A stretch of 64,000 nucleotides of DNA from Eledone cirrhosa (Eukaryota). The stretch covers positions 155,744,001-155,808,000 of the forward strand of contig OZ024741.1 of the NCBI GenBank assembly GCA_964016885.1. Reading direction: 5' to 3'. Below are positions 27,501-41,700 of the stretch, piece after piece; position 1 is the first letter of the stretch; each line of letters opens with the position of its first letter. The notes beneath the pieces are model-generated. The model did no database searches. It saw only the letters and a list, made by a program, of their open reading frames with translations, and was not told the origin of the DNA. A program made the translations under genes and the position numbers.

Positions 27501-30170
27501 CAAACCGCCATCGGCAGGCGACCGTATTCTGTATGAGGGATGAGCACCCCCATCGTTCCAGGAAGTGTTCGTGACAAAAGATTTCGGAAAGTGCTTACTG
27601 CATTGGCCATTTTTCATGCAAGGCGCTTTCTGATTTGCTACTCCGCATTGGTTGTGCACCATTGACTTTTGCCACCAAGTTGCGTAGTGCCTCATTCTCC
27701 GGCAGTTCAGCACACACAATGCTGTCGACATCCTCAGCACATCTCAATTTGCAATCTTTATGTAAAATGATCAGAAAATGTGCATGTAGCAATCCTCTTT
27801 TTTGGAATTCAATTACGTATGTAAAAGCAACTATACCTCCAAAGATTCCCTCTTTTTCTACATCATCCATTATCTTTTTCAGATATCCTTTGAATACTCT
27901 TGCCACAATATCAGGACGGTCCTTTGGCTGTTGTCCTGGCCAAAGTGCATCCTTAATATCAGTCCATTCCGGATTGCATGTAACCGTTATAAACAAATCT
28001 GACTTTCCAAACTTTCTAACAATAGACATTGCATCCTGATAGCGAATGTTCATATATCTCGAGCCGCCGATGAACGACCAAGGCAAAATGATGCGTCGAC
28101 CAATTTGCTTGTAATTGGCATTATCGGCTGTTATCGCATCCTGTATATTATTATACAATTCAGCTCTGATATGTTGCTGATGTGTAGCTATATAATTTAG
28201 CCTTTGATTTTCGATCTTTGCGAATGCCATACAACAGTATTCCTGGAACAATCTGCTGGCTTGAAATAGCGCATTTCTCTGTTGATTCCTGTCGTTCAAA
28301 TGGAACGCGTAAAAGTCGCGAATCGAATTATTGTGTCTATTGCCACCTCCCTGTTGATGCTCATTCTCATGATCATCTAAATGAACAGATATGTTCCATC
28401 CATTTTCACCTTTTGGGAATAAAAGAACATAATGCAATGGATCGTATGCCCTATTTGACTCATTGATAGTCTTGAGACCACCATCTCTGCGATTGAGGAC
28501 GATATCTCTCGATCCAGGCTTATCGTCCATCAACACAGCAACTTCACGAAATCCTTCAGGGGCATTATATCGCCGTTCGTGTTGATTCCTTGGCACTGCG
28601 TCAGCCTTAATCACCAATGTTTGCTGCGGAACATTTTGCAGTTCAGCCACCAACATGAAATCCATAACATAAGGATTACACTGTCTAAGCCATGATTGCA
28701 AATCACGGATCAAATCACTTAACATTTGCCGTTCAAGTTCAGTTATATTTCCCGGCAACTTCATCCAACCGATCCTGATATCCTCCTCCGATTCACTATA
28801 ATCTGGATCGTTAACGTAAATTTGAGCGAATCGAGGCCTCTCTCCTGGGGTAACTTCTAAATTACCGATACACTGATACAAACGGCCTTGAATGACTACA
28901 TTCGGTTGCCATCCTCCACTCTCAAACATCTCACTAACTCTCTGCGATGCTAAAGCTAATGAATTGTTAATTTGCCGCGAATATTTGCGCAGTAATCTAC
29001 CTCGGTCTCCTTGATCACCCCACACACCTAGTATTTTAAACTCCGGTGACTTCTCATCATTCGGCATTCGCAAGGGTTCTAGTTGAACTCCACCTTTATG
29101 ACAGCACATTGTGGTCCACGTCTTTTCGTACCTCCAAAGCAATGCTCCACAATGTCGACACTCTGCTCGTCCACCAATCTGAAAATGATACGGTTGCCAT
29201 GATCCATTTTTAATATCATCCGTTCGCCTTCTAGCCTCTTTACTGGAATGCGGAGCACTTTGGCGACACATTCTCTGAACTTCTGTATTGCGCTGGCGCT
29301 GTTCAGCCAGCTCCTCTTCATCCATCGCAGCACGCCGTTGCTGCTGAATTCTGGCCATCTGCTGATGATGCTCAGCCAGTTCATCTTCAACCATCGCAGC
29401 ACGCCGTCGCTGTTTGGCTCCAGTGTTTCGTTGGCGTTCTTCAGCCAGCTCATCTTCCTTCGTTCCGATGGCGCTGGTCGGCCCGTTTTCTTCATTGCTG
29501 GCTGAACGCCGTCGCCGCTGTAGTTCACTGTTTGATAAAGTCGAATTGCTTTTATTATCAGTATTCATTTCGAGCAATTGTCAAAAAATGTAACAATAAT
29601 AAATATAAAAGATGTCCGTCTATGTAAAGAAAGGTCCCTATTTACTCCCTTCACAACTCTGTGTATGTTAGAATGACAGACAGGCACACAGACAGATAAA
29701 CTGCGTGGCCATTGTGGAACGCCACACACATACACGCATGGAAACGCGCACACGCACGCAAACTTACACACGCACACACTCACATATGTTGATAGTTTTT
29801 ATTTTTGTGGAAAGCTGCACGCACGCATACACACATAAACATACGCGCACGTACATACACACGCATACATATTAATAGTTATTGCTTTCCTTCCCCTCTT
29901 ATTTCCACACACTTCACACACACACAAGTCTCTACACTGACACATATACATAGTGTATAAAAAATGACACAATAATAAATATGTTAACAGTTATTGAACA
30001 CAGCGTTCACACTCTCCCCTCTCACTCCCTCAATGGCATTATGCATATTAATATAAGTTTGTCGTCGTTGAGCTGGGTGGAGTCGTTTGAAACCTATGAA
30101 CCAATGATAATCGAGAATTATGACACACGGAATACTGACGTTCTTGAAATTAATAAATATATATATATAT
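24520..30170 (-). mobile_element. Decayed autonomous Helitron 1 (ends approximate)
   Basis: Contains the Rep/Hel pseudogene. A 5'-like AT-rich end lies near 30170, where the family B element is inserted. Confidence 0.75.
25040..29577 (-). pseudogene. Helitron Rep/PIF1-like helicase, frameshifted
   Basis: Rep motifs DLFITVTCNPEW, EFQKRGLLHAH, KYLFKY; helicase motifs FIDAPGGTGKT, GGDFRQVLP, GLCNGTRL, RRQFPVNLAFSMTVNKAQ; spread over at least five ORF pieces. Confidence 0.95.
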
Positions 30171-30171
30171 G

Positions 30172-32232
30172 TTTGTTGGTTCACCACTGGATAGAACTGG
30201 TCCTTCCGTATGGTCAACCTCGATGTAATATTAGAGAGAGCACTCGACCTAATGCAACTCACCCGTCTTCGTTTGTGTTGTTGGTTGTGCGTGTACGGAG
30301 TTAGTTATTATAAAATAACAGTAGGCTGGACTGGTGTAATTCCTTAAAGGTTTATTATACTATGAACATTTCAATGACCGGTTTCAGTATGAATTCGGTG
30401 ACATCATCAGGTATTCGAAATTTAACAAAGGAATATAATCCATGGAGCTGAAAAGGCAGATTGACACGAAGGCGGCCACCCATTTAGCAGTTTCTAGTTC
30501 GGTCGGCCGCCCTCAAGTGACGACTACCAATTCTTCTTATGCCTTTCTGGTGAAGGGGCATAATCTTATAGTGCACTACTACCACTCCGTCAGGGACAGA
30601 GGCTAGCGGTGGGATCAGGTTACATTGAAGTTTGTCAGGAGTGCTAAAAAGTGTTAAGAAATATATTTTTTCAAAATACATATATATCTTTAACAAAGCT
30701 ATATATAGTGGGCGCCTATACATTATATTTTTCGTTGTAGGATCAGAAATTACGATTACCGATTAGAAATGTAAAATTTATGCTCAGAATTAAAAGATAT
30801 CATTTAAGATGAGATTAGAAAAGAAAGAGGTTTAAATTTGGGAGATTTAGTTAAAGAATTTACAGAAGGAGGCGTTTATGAAAAGGTTAATTGTATTATT
30901 GATAGTCACGATAAAGTTTCAGGGTAGAATATAAAGTCAGGACTAAGCCCATGTTTGGCGGTCAGTAACCAGCGACGTTGCGGACTCTCAGCCCACTTGG
31001 GGCCCAATGACGTGTCAACCGTTCCGAGTATTTTCGTCTACCGAAAGAAAGGGAAATTTATTTTTCCAAGCACTCCAGGAATGTTAACTATCTCAGGCAC
31101 CGGGGGTGCTAGCAGGAAGCCCGCCACCGTCGGCTGATCATCGTGTATACCAAACGTTTCTTAGTTATTCACACTGGTGGGGGACTTAGTTAAAAGGATA
31201 GTAGAATGAGGCATGATACATTTTAAAGTTAAGCGTAGAATTCAAAAATACTGTTTGGCGGTCAATAACCGGTGGGACGGCGGATTCCAAGCCCGCACAG
31301 GGCCCAAGGACGTAACAGCCGTTCCGAATATTTTCGTTTACCGAAAGATGGGGAAATTTATTTTTCCAACCACTCTAGGAAGGCTGATCGACTCGAGCGC
31401 CTGGCGTGCGATCGGGAAAGTCGCCACATCAGTCGGATCATCGCGTGTACCAAACGATTATTAGTTATTCACACTCGTGATGTCAAGTTTATCAGTGGCA
31501 AAATCTAATGAAATGGGTAAGAATACTATATTTAGTCCCCAATTAGCCCGGGTTATACTGTATGTAGTGTGATTCCTGAGTGGGTGTGGGGAGTGATTAA
31601 AGATAAACATATATAAAGGGTACAGAGAATAATATTCTAGGGTCGTGTGCTAATTTTAGGTACCAGATGAGTATATAAGGAGAGTAAAGTGAATAAATAC
31701 ATAAATAAATAAAATGCAGTCATGCCCAGGGTGGTAATTGTGGGAGTAAAAATGGAAGTAAATAAAAACATATCGAAGGAATCAAAATACAGAAGAAATA
31801 AAATACAGATCAAGGTGTAACAAATAAACAATAGATAACACAGTTAGAGAATACATGGTTATAGATATAGATATAGAGGATGGAAGAGTTGGAGTGGTAT
31901 CAGATCATACTTAGTGTAGGTTCGAGTCTTAATTTTCAATGTGAATCCCAAAACCTTGGAATATATGATAGATAATTCAGTCAATACAATACAGGGTATA
32001 ATAGAATATGTTGATTTTTTGAAGAATCTATGAAGTCAGACGGAGTTTGAGTGTTCCTGACAGGCAAGCAGCAATGTATGGTCCGGGCGGGCGATAGACA
32101 TAGCTTAATGCAGCCAAAATCCGAATGGTGTGCAGTTAGTCCCATGTTGCCGATAGCTGTACACTGGAGCCAAGGGCCCCTGTTCCTTATTACATCTGAA
32201 AGCGCTCGAATTTTTCCTGGAGCTTTATTTGT

Positions 32233-32236
<4 letters not shown>
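30172..32236 (-). mobile_element. Long non-coding HHR retroelement (family B), a single ~2.06 kb unit and diverged relative of family A
   Basis: Both ends align with family A unit ends (32050-32235 with 9096-9250; 30172-30450 with 4765-5060). HHR at 30357-30414, two copies of the structured domain, (AT)n flanks. Confidence 0.85.
30357..30414 (-). ncRNA. Type I hammerhead ribozyme (family B)
   Basis: AUAC CUGAUGA U-GUCACCG..CGGUCAU-U GAAA UGUUCA UA^ GUAU. Confidence 0.75.
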
Positions 32237-32306
<70 letters not shown>

Positions 32307-32455
32307 AATATAGGTAAACAGGCCTTATGGAGTGCTAGAAAGAGCTCCGGGCGAATTTATTGCAATCGGCTCAAAACTAATTTACAGAAATTAGGAGCAG
32401 AAATAACTTAATTTTAGGTTTAATTAATTGTTTCTACTTTTGGCACAAGGCCAGC

Positions 32456-32544
<89 letters not shown>

Positions 32545-32668
32545 TATATAAAATAGGTAACGAATAGTGAATGGTAAAAAGTAAATAATAAATAGTAATT
32601 AATTACTTGATGATAATATTAATAACTTAGTGATATTAATTATTTTAATCCTCTATCAGGCCCAGTTT

Positions 32669-32737
32669 AAAATTTAAAATTTAAAATTTAAAATTTAAAA
32701 TTTAAAATTTAAAATTTAAAATTTAAAATTTAAAATT
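32669..32737. repeat. (AAAATTT)n heptamer microsatellite, about 10 units
   Basis: Read directly from the sequence. Confidence 0.9.
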
Positions 32738-32894
32738 TGTCCCACTACCATTATATTATAGACACATGTATGAGTGCAAGCGAGTGCGTGTTTGTGCATA
32801 TGCGTTTATGTATACTTATTCGTATGTATGTGTATGTATGCGTGTGTGCTTGTATATGTGTATGTGTGTGTATGTATATATGTATATATATACA

Positions 32895-32961
<67 letters not shown>

Positions 32962-32972
32962 TTATATATGTA

Positions 32973-33029
<57 letters not shown>

Positions 33030-33152
33030 ATGCGCACGTGTGTATGTGTAGATATATATATGTGTGTGTATGTGTATGCGTGTGTGTGTGTATATTTGTG
33101 TGTTTGTGTTTTTTCTTGTGTATATATGTATATATGTGTATGTATGTATGTA

Positions 33153-33183
<31 letters not shown>

Positions 33184-33225
33184 ATGTGTGTGTATATGTA
33201 TATATATATGTATACACACACACAC

Positions 33226-33273
<48 letters not shown>

Positions 33274-33292
33274 GTGTGTATGTGTAGGTATG

Positions 33293-33375
<83 letters not shown>

Positions 33376-33820
33376 AAGTGTTTTTGTATGTGGTTGTGAG
33401 TATGTAAATATATTTTATTCTTTCCATTCTACAAAAACACTCTGGCTACCTGTGGCTTGTATGTTAACTTGACCACTCACCCCAGTCTGTGCCATGATTC
33501 GGTCTTGTTTAATGTTTAATTTCTATTACCAACCCGCCTAAAAAAATTCCCCTACTATATATCTGTTGAATTACTATTCTTGGGGTTTTTATTTATTTAT
33601 TTTTTTATTTATTTTCTTTATTTATTTATTCATTTATCTATTTATTCATTTATTTATTTATTTATTTCAAAAGAGCACTCCGGCTAATTGACCACTCGCC
33701 AAAGAAAAAACGGTCTGTGCCATGTTGTGGTCCTGTGTATCTAAATACCCCCCCCCCCATCCACCACCCCTCCCTTACCATTACCTAAATGTATAAATAC
33801 GAGAACTTAATATGACACCC

Positions 33821-33871
33821 AGCTTCCTGAAGATTTCATCTGAATGAAACAGTACTAGTCCTGTAGAAGCT
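33821..33871 (+). ncRNA. Type I hammerhead ribozyme
   Basis: AGCUUC CUGAAGA U-UUC AUCU GAA-U GAAA CAG UACUAGUC CUG UA^ GAAGCU. All three stems form. Confidence 0.85.
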
Positions 33872-33982
33872 CCTATAAAATACATTTTTTTTACTCTGAC
33901 ATGTATTGAGTACCTTACTTACTGTGGTTATCCCCGACTCAACCCGGGACCTACGTATATATATATGTATATATATATATAT

Positions 33983-34822
33983 ATGCGCATGGGCAGAAAC
34001 GGTCACTTCATCCATACCGCGGGCGAAAGGTGTAAGGGAGATAACTGCAAAAGTCCGAAGAGTAGTTGTTAAGAAAATTAGAATGTTGCTGTTATTCAAT
34101 CCGGAGCCTTGTAGTTATGTAAGAGGCGTTTCCAGACATGTGGACAACGTGTGAAGATTTCACCCTTGGTTTAGGCAATCGCTATTGCGTAATCTCCTTA
34201 GAATATTTATCCGTTCATCAATGCACAGTCCACAAGACGGATTGCCCCTCGTGTATGATTTGGAATTAGTGATTGCTTTCCATTGAATGGAGTAGTCTAT
34301 ACTTGAGTCCTTGATGGACCATACGTGGCTCGCGAGTTTCGTGGATGATCGTTTGTCCGGGTACCTAAAGGTCGACTGATGGTTCAGGAAGCGTTTCTTA
34401 CATCAGCCCTCTGCCATGCCCACATAGGATTTGATCTCCTGTGGTTGATTTGGTCGGTTGGAAGTGACCACATGTCTGGAAACACCTCTTACATAACTAC
34501 AAAGCTCCGGGTTGAATAACAACAACATTCTAATTTTCTTACCAACTCGAACTACTTTTCGGACTTTCGCAGTTATCTCCCTTACACCTTTCGCCCGTGA
34601 CATTGTATCGCTTGGGTGACGTGACCGTTTCTGCGCATGCGCGTTCATGGGGTTATACTTCCTATTCCGTATAACCATGACCAGTCCGAGCGAAAATCCG
34701 GTAAGGTGAGACAATTGTTCTCAGTATGGTGAACTAACTGTTGTGTTACCACTTCTACCTAACCCGCCCCATGGACTGAGTGTTCTACCACTACGGATAT
34801 TACCTTCAAGTGTTCTACCTCT
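33983..34822. mobile_element. Fold-back PLE fragment (GIY-YIG C-terminus on minus) with a decayed HHR at ~34686-34725
   Basis: 33983-34143 is inverted to 34467-34640. Minus 34145-34440 reads SYVGMAEG*CKKRFLNHQSTF..LASHVWSIK..CGLCIDE. The tail is homologous to 55280-55410. Confidence 0.8.
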
Positions 34823-34849
34823 ATATATACATATTTATATTTGGCTATA

Positions 34850-34927
<78 letters not shown>

Positions 34928-35039
34928 TTTACAGGTGTGGTAGAACTGGGCGACATGACCGCCCCCCAATAATATTTTTCTGCCCAAAATACCGAAACAC
35001 ACATCTATATGTATATGCGCTACAATTATGAACATGTTA

Positions 35040-35835
35040 TGTAGAGATAGATGGGAGATACAGATACAGAAAGGGGGAGAGTTCCGTGTAGTAGATATTG
35101 AAAGAGGGAGAGTTTGATGTAAATTGATATAAAGAGGGGTTTTGAAGAGAAGTCCATGTAGTTGATATAGAGAGGGGTGAGTGTGGTATTACTTGATATA
35201 GAAAGGGAGATTTGAAGAGAGTTTCATGTAACAGGTATAGAGAGGGGGGAGGTTGGTGTTAATTGATATAGACAAGGGGATAGGAAGATATTGCTGTATG
35301 GTTGACGTAGAGACGGGTGGTGGTGGTAATGAATAGAGTAAGAGGATAGTTAGAGATAGGTTTTGATAGATATAGATAGGGGGAAAATATTTTAGTGATA
35401 GATGGAGTGAGAGGGAATGAAAGAAAGAGTGTTGTAATACAGATATAGAGAGAGGAATTGTTTGGTGGTAATTGATATATAGAGGGGGATTGAGAGAGAG
35501 AGTATCGTGTAGTAGATATAGAGGGGTGTAGATTTCAATGCTTGTAGATATATTGAGGGGTTTGGGAGTGATGAATATTGCTAAATATAGAGAATGTGTG
35601 ATGGATAGAGAGAGAATGATTGCTAGAGAGTGTGGTAGAGATGGCGAGGTGGAGAGTTTGGAGATGATCGATATTAAAAGGGGGATTGGGAGAATATTTT
35701 GAATGTTTGATACAGAGAAGGGAAAAAGTTGGTGATTATAGACATAGAGAAAAATAATGGGATAGTGCCGTGTAGTAGACATGGAGAGGGTCCCAAATAA
35801 TAGGATGGGTGAGATTAAGGGATGGGGCTTGGACA
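35040..35835. repeat. Degenerate purine-rich minisatellite
   Basis: A GTAGATATAGAGAGGG-like motif recurs about every 30-45 bp with strong strand asymmetry. Confidence 0.65.
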
Positions 35836-36133
35836 ATCGGTAATTGTATACTTCACGTCTGTAAATATGGGATTTCTTGTAATGTTATTTTTTTGTCGTA
35901 TATACTGTTTTTTAATATAAAATAAAATAATTAAACCTGAGATTAGGTCAATTTTTGATGGGCGTACGATTGGAAACTCAATACAGAAGTAGAGTTTAAA
36001 TATTCATTTATAATGGCTAAGTGATGAACCTTGTTACTCTGGATGATCCATTAGTACACAGGTAAACTGTGTACTAATGGATCATCAGACATGACTGGTG
36101 ATCCTATGAGTGCGCAGGTGAAACTTTAGAGTA

Positions 36134-36192
<59 letters not shown>

Positions 36193-36575
36193 AAGAGAGA
36201 GAAAGAGAGAGAGAAAGAGATGGAGAGAGAGAGAGACAGAGAGAGACAGTGAGAGGGAGAGAGAGATGAATAAATTGGGTATATTACCAGTTTATTACCA
36301 AATACGAAGAAGCTCGATATATCAACCTAAGGAAACGGTGAAGAGCATTACTTTTTTGTTGTCATTATATATATGCGGGTAATTGCTGGCCTTGTGCCTA
36401 AAGTAGAAACAATTATATATATGCGGGTATAACGAATACCATTGCAACTAATTTTTCAGTATAATGAAATTGTTTTCAATTCCCGGTCAATCTTGTTATA
36501 AAGAATTTTTCGTTACATCGAATTATTTTTATACCCCGTGAATTTCGTTATAACTAATTTCACTGTGTATATATA

Positions 36576-36800
36576 TAGAGGCGGTCGAACTGGGGGTAGG
36601 GTGCCCCCCCCCCCAATAATTATATTTTTCTCCACAAACTAACATCTATTTGGATATGCGCTACAATTTATGTAGATGTTATGTTTATCGCATATCGAAG
36701 TTTTCTGACTATTTTAGAGTGCAAAGAGCTAAGCTAATTACTAAAACTAAATTGACCAAATTTGGCCCCCACCAATTCAGAAATGCTTCCACCGCCCGTG
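36576..36800. mobile_element. Putative hAT-type MITE (related 5' part at ~34930-35040)
   Basis: Imperfect TIRs AGAGGCGGTCGAA / TTCCACCGCCCGTG; no clear TSD. Confidence 0.4.
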
Positions 36801-37190
36801 ATTTATAAATGTACTCACGTGTGTGGGCTTATTCATCCGCGCGCTCGCGCGTTACAGGTCTTACCATCACCGCCACCACCACACAACATATACACACACC
36901 ACCAACGCCGCCGTTGCAGCCATCCCCTCCGTACGACTTAAACCCACCACTCCGACTTTCTCCTTCACCCACCACACACACCCTCCACCTCAATCCATTA
37001 AACTCAATCTGACTGGGGTGGGCGATGATAGTGGGAGTTCGGCTCCTCTGTGTTTCGACCTGGTGTACGTGTATCTGTATGTTTAATGTCTTATCACACG
37101 TCACCTATAATTATAAAACTAATCGTTATCTTAGGATCGATATTCATGCCTATCTAATGATATCTCTGCTTAATTACAAGATCTCGTAGA

Positions 37191-37842
37191 TCTATATATA
37201 TAATACTGAGATTGTCTGTCTGTATGTCTATCTACTAAAACGGTCGGCACACATCTCCTCCTAAACCGTACGTTCAAATTTCGGTGAAATTGCTACACTT
37301 ATAGATGAAGGTCCGACGGAGACATCGGTAAAAGAAATGTTCAAATCGACCCACGCCAAGTGCAAAAATCGAATTTGTAATGTATTGATTTTTCAGTTCA
37401 AATGTATAAATAGAGATGAGAGACGAGTTATTTCCCTTTTATGGCGTCATTTGTTTTTCGGACCAGCAAAATTTTAACCTGCAAAATTCATGAGTTCGAA
37501 GTTTCAACATCAAGCTTCCATTTTGCTTCATTTCCATTAAAAAGTCTTTTAAAACAATATTTTTACTTGAAAACAAGCCTATTTGAATACACCGTAAAAC
37601 GAGCAAATATTTAATAAAAAAAAGCATTGATCGATATATATAATCTCGAATAAAGCCTTATGAGATTTTCATTTAGAAGCAATGATTTTAAACGACTGTT
37701 GGTTGAGGGAATATTAATCAAAAGTACCACATGAAAATCTATACTGTAGACTCTACAGTTATTAAGCCAAGAAAGGAACTTAACATTGTAACTTTAACAC
37801 AGCTACTGAGCAGCCCCGAGCAACGCTGGGCTTTACTGCTAG
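37191..37842 (+). mobile_element. Complete non-autonomous Helitron
   Basis: A|TCTATATATATAATACTGAG start; GCCCCGAGCAACGCTGGGC hairpin and TTTACTG CTAG|T end; A|T target. Confidence 0.9.
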
Positions 37843-37849
37843 TAATCTA

Positions 37850-38521
37850 TATAATCTCACCTCCCAGTACTTCCTTAGAACTTTGCCACTATCATATCCT
37901 TGCTACACACATACACACACACCCTGCACTACCCACCTTCATTTCTCTATTCCATTTTAACCACCACTGCCAGCCACACCTCCACCCCTCACCATTGACT
38001 CGTTCACAGAGACTTCCTCCTTCCACCTCTGCCCCTACCCTTTTATGAGCATTGAGGTAACACCCCTCCCGTACCCCGAAGTTCTTTCTTACATATCGCC
38101 CACCAAAATCTCACCCACACACTCCCTGCAACCACAGCTTTGCCTTTCCCCAAAGATACACCTACCCCATGCCACTCGGCATCCGTGACTTTAGAACTCT
38201 TGTAATTTGCCCACCTCGGAGTATACACACATGGGCACACGCAACCAACAACCACACATTTCTGGCAAGCACAGATACCAGAATACACACTCTCACACAT
38301 ATGTATAAAAACACATCTTCATCAACAACACACTTAAAACCCATACACAAGCAAACGCACCATGATGTGCACCACACCTACGCACAAACACGCGCTGCAC
38401 GTCGTCCTCCCCCACAACCAGTGTGCTGGACTTGTCCTATATTATTACACAAATATGACCCTCCCCAAGTATAACAATATTTGTTTCGAGCACGATTTCA
38501 TATAAAAAACCTCGCAAAACT
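37850..38521 (+). mobile_element. PLE 3' UTR/pseudo-LTR fragment with tail
   Basis: Ends CACAAATATGACCCTCCCCAAGTATAACAAT, matching the minus-strand terminus at 11399-11430, plus a ~40 bp tail. Confidence 0.6.
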
Positions 38522-38743
38522 ATATATATATTAATATATATATAAAATCAGAATTGGTGCTCTGAAACAGCGATGTATATATGAATATATATATAGTGTA
38601 TTTGGTAATACACTGTATGCTTAATTAAAAGCATTTTGAAGACCTTACGCTATTGTTTTAATGTAGTGACTATGTCACTTACTTCTTTTTACAACAAACA
38701 AAGGGAGATAAGTTGACAGATCTCTGTTTCATATATATATATA

Positions 38744-41700
38744 CTAGCAGTTTAGCCTGGCGTTGCTCGGGTTTGTTCATTTGCTATGAAAAGTTACATA
38801 CAGGTAAACGTGGCTTCAAAGAGAATAAGCTTATCAATTAAGTGCATAAAGCGGTTGAGCCGGTTGTTAAAAGTTACGAACCAATTAGTATTTTGGACAA
38901 TCAATGATGGGTTAATAATCTTCCAATAGGGAATTTAGCAGACCAAAGTTGCAAGATGGTGGCCCTGATGCCACTGGGTGTCAGATCTGTCCGCCATGGG
39001 TGAGCCTACCAGGGAATAGTTTTCCAGACGGTATAGCTCCACCACCTCCAATACCTGCACCAACATCTATAGCACCTCTTTGTAGACGATATTGCGTGTC
39101 ATCCATTGAGGAGTGTAAGCAAAAAGTCCATTCCTGCACCCTACGCGGGAACAGGCAACAAAGTTGGCCATGGTAGGAGCATGGCTCCTCCAAATGGATT
39201 CCCGCCATCAACAATGTTTGCCCTTGTGACTTGTTAATGGACATGGCAAAAGATGGTCACACCGGGAATTGGGATCGCCGGAAATCGAACGAAATATCTG
39301 ACGCCGAGGGAAAAATGTTCATCCTTGAAATGAAAACATTCTCCCTTCTCCCGCACCCCGTTACAATGGTGGCCTCAATCAAGTGGGGCGTCAGTGACTT
39401 GACGACCATGCGAGTACCGTTGCACTGCTTTGGTGGACGCAAGTTCCTTATTAACATAATGGGACAGCCAACCCTAAGCTGTGAGGTGGGAGCCCTGGGG
39501 GATCAAGGGAATTTAATAATAACAACCGGATAATTAACGATATTGTCGGGGTCTGACGTCTGGTCGATAGATTTGAAGATGTGCTCTTTACCTGGAATTT
39601 TGTCAATCAGCTGCTCATTAATAAAATTAACCATGGCATATTTGGGAGCAAGGATAGCTGTTTCGCTGAGCCAATCGAGGTTTTTAAAGTTAGATGAGAC
39701 GTTAGGAAAAACTGCTTACCAAAGGTCAGAAGGGCTGCTCACAATGTTGCACAGGGAGTCGATTGCTATGCCGCCCTTATCATCCGCAGGGACCTTGCCC
39801 TCACCAAGTGCTAAAATGTTCTGAGCAAATGCTGCAGACATGTTGTCACCATGCAAATGAGCACGCATATTTGTGCTCAGGTACAAAGTCTTCACCTGGA
39901 GTCACAACGTGGACGATTTAAGGCAGGCACGCACTTCATCAGCTCTTGTCCCTTTGGGGATGACAGGCAGCGTTTGCCGAAAATCCCCTGATAGCAGAAG
40001 GGTTACGCTACCCATAAGAGCCGTAGAATCCCTAATGCCTTTCAGGGTCCTGTCCAATGCCTCAACGGCAACCTTGTGTGCCATTGTGCACTCATCCCAA
40101 ACAACGAGGCAACATTTTTTGAGAACCAGAGCTTCGGGTGAGCTCTTACTGATATTGCATGTTGGTGTCTCAGTTTTTACTAAATCCAAGGGGAGTTTAA
40201 AGGTTGAATGTGCTGTCCTGCCTCCCGGCAGCAGAGTAGCAGCGATCCAGGACGATGCAACGGCCAACGCAATTTTTCTCTCTTGACGAATCATAGCGAG
40301 AATCAATTTCGCTACAAAATGTTTTCCAGTACCCGCAGGAGCATCGAGAAAGTAAATACACCCTGTCTGATTTTCAACCGCATCAATGATAGATAAATAG
40401 GCCAACCTTTGGTCCGACAGAAGTTTGGGCTCATTTTCCTCGAAGTATTGGGAAAGAGATTCGATGTAATATGCTGTTTCCCGCAACAAATCCGGGGCCA
40501 ACGTGTTAGCTTCCTCTCTGACGGTTGACGGCAAGCCATACGTCGCCAACTCATTCCCACCCATGTCGAAGAGGGCGTTCTCGATATCAATGACTGCCCT
40601 GTTGTAGATAATGTCGCTGTAACCAACTTCCACTGAAGGATACTGTAGATGAGTCAGGCGCAGGAAGTCCTCAGACATGAAATCTCTGTACCTGACTCAT
40701 ACAGATTTGGGATCACGCAATTCACACCTTTGAAGCAAAATGGCAAAGAGTTCCCGTAGACTTTTAGGTGATTTCAACAAAGCACCCTCTACTAATGTGG
40801 AATCCCATTGCGAATCATCTTCCAAAACGCCATGCTTAAAGCAGGCTTCCCGGTACGTATCACATATTTCTTCATCAACAGTTTTGAGGTCCTGGAAACT
40901 TTGTGGGCCTACAACTTCATGCAGAAGAAGGCGGAGATGAAAACACTCATGCTGACTTGGGGGTACAGTGTAAACCCTTCCAAGACAGCTGTCAGATTTT
41001 ACACCAGGATTTCTTTCAACAGCCTGACCTGCCTTTCTTCGCACCCAAGTGTTTTTCGACCATATAAAGTAGGATGGAACCTGGGGGTACACAATTGTTT
41101 GCGCAAATGTATCGAACTGGCAAAGTTTGAAGAAACCCGTCAGAATGGTCTCTTTCGGATCGGCGGCCAACTTGGCGGTGGTTTGGTCCGTAAAGTAAAC
41201 CCTTTGCCCATTTTCCAAACGTACCGCAAGCTGTACGATGGCGGGGTGCGTTGGTGTAGGGGTAAAGAAAATAGGCGCCAAAAAGCTTCATTGCTACTGA
41301 TGTACCGCCCCGCCAGGTATTCTGTGACCACGTCCCTGCTATTTTCAGCTTGAAATGCGAACCAAGAGAAATCAGAGCCCTTATTTACATATTTGCATAT
41401 GTATTTTATCGACTTGATGTATTTTATCAACTCAACTTTGATGTGGGCGTTGAACATCTTCAAGAGAAACGGGCAGTAACGGACCACCCATCTATTGTCG
41501 ACTTGACCTCCCTTTACTGTTGGGGTGAATCCACCGTTATCGGGCCGTCTCCGCCTGTACAGGGGGTACCCGTCGCCACCAGTCTGAGTCTCGCCAACAA
41601 ATGTTTTGGGGTATCCCTTACTGCACGAACTCCATTTCAGCCACGTGTGATGCTCATTAGGACCCGAAGCACACGGACCATGAATCATGTTAGCTTTGAC

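Noticed and set aside
31265-31310. Twister-like string UAAC..GCGG AUUCCAAGC CCGC
   Set aside because: Downstream pseudoknot partners are missing, it is not conserved in sister copies, and it pairs within the long flanking stem.
34400-34406. In-frame TGA in the GIY-YIG fragment as possible selenocysteine
   Set aside because: Not at a conserved Cys position, the element has other lesions, and no SECIS is evident.
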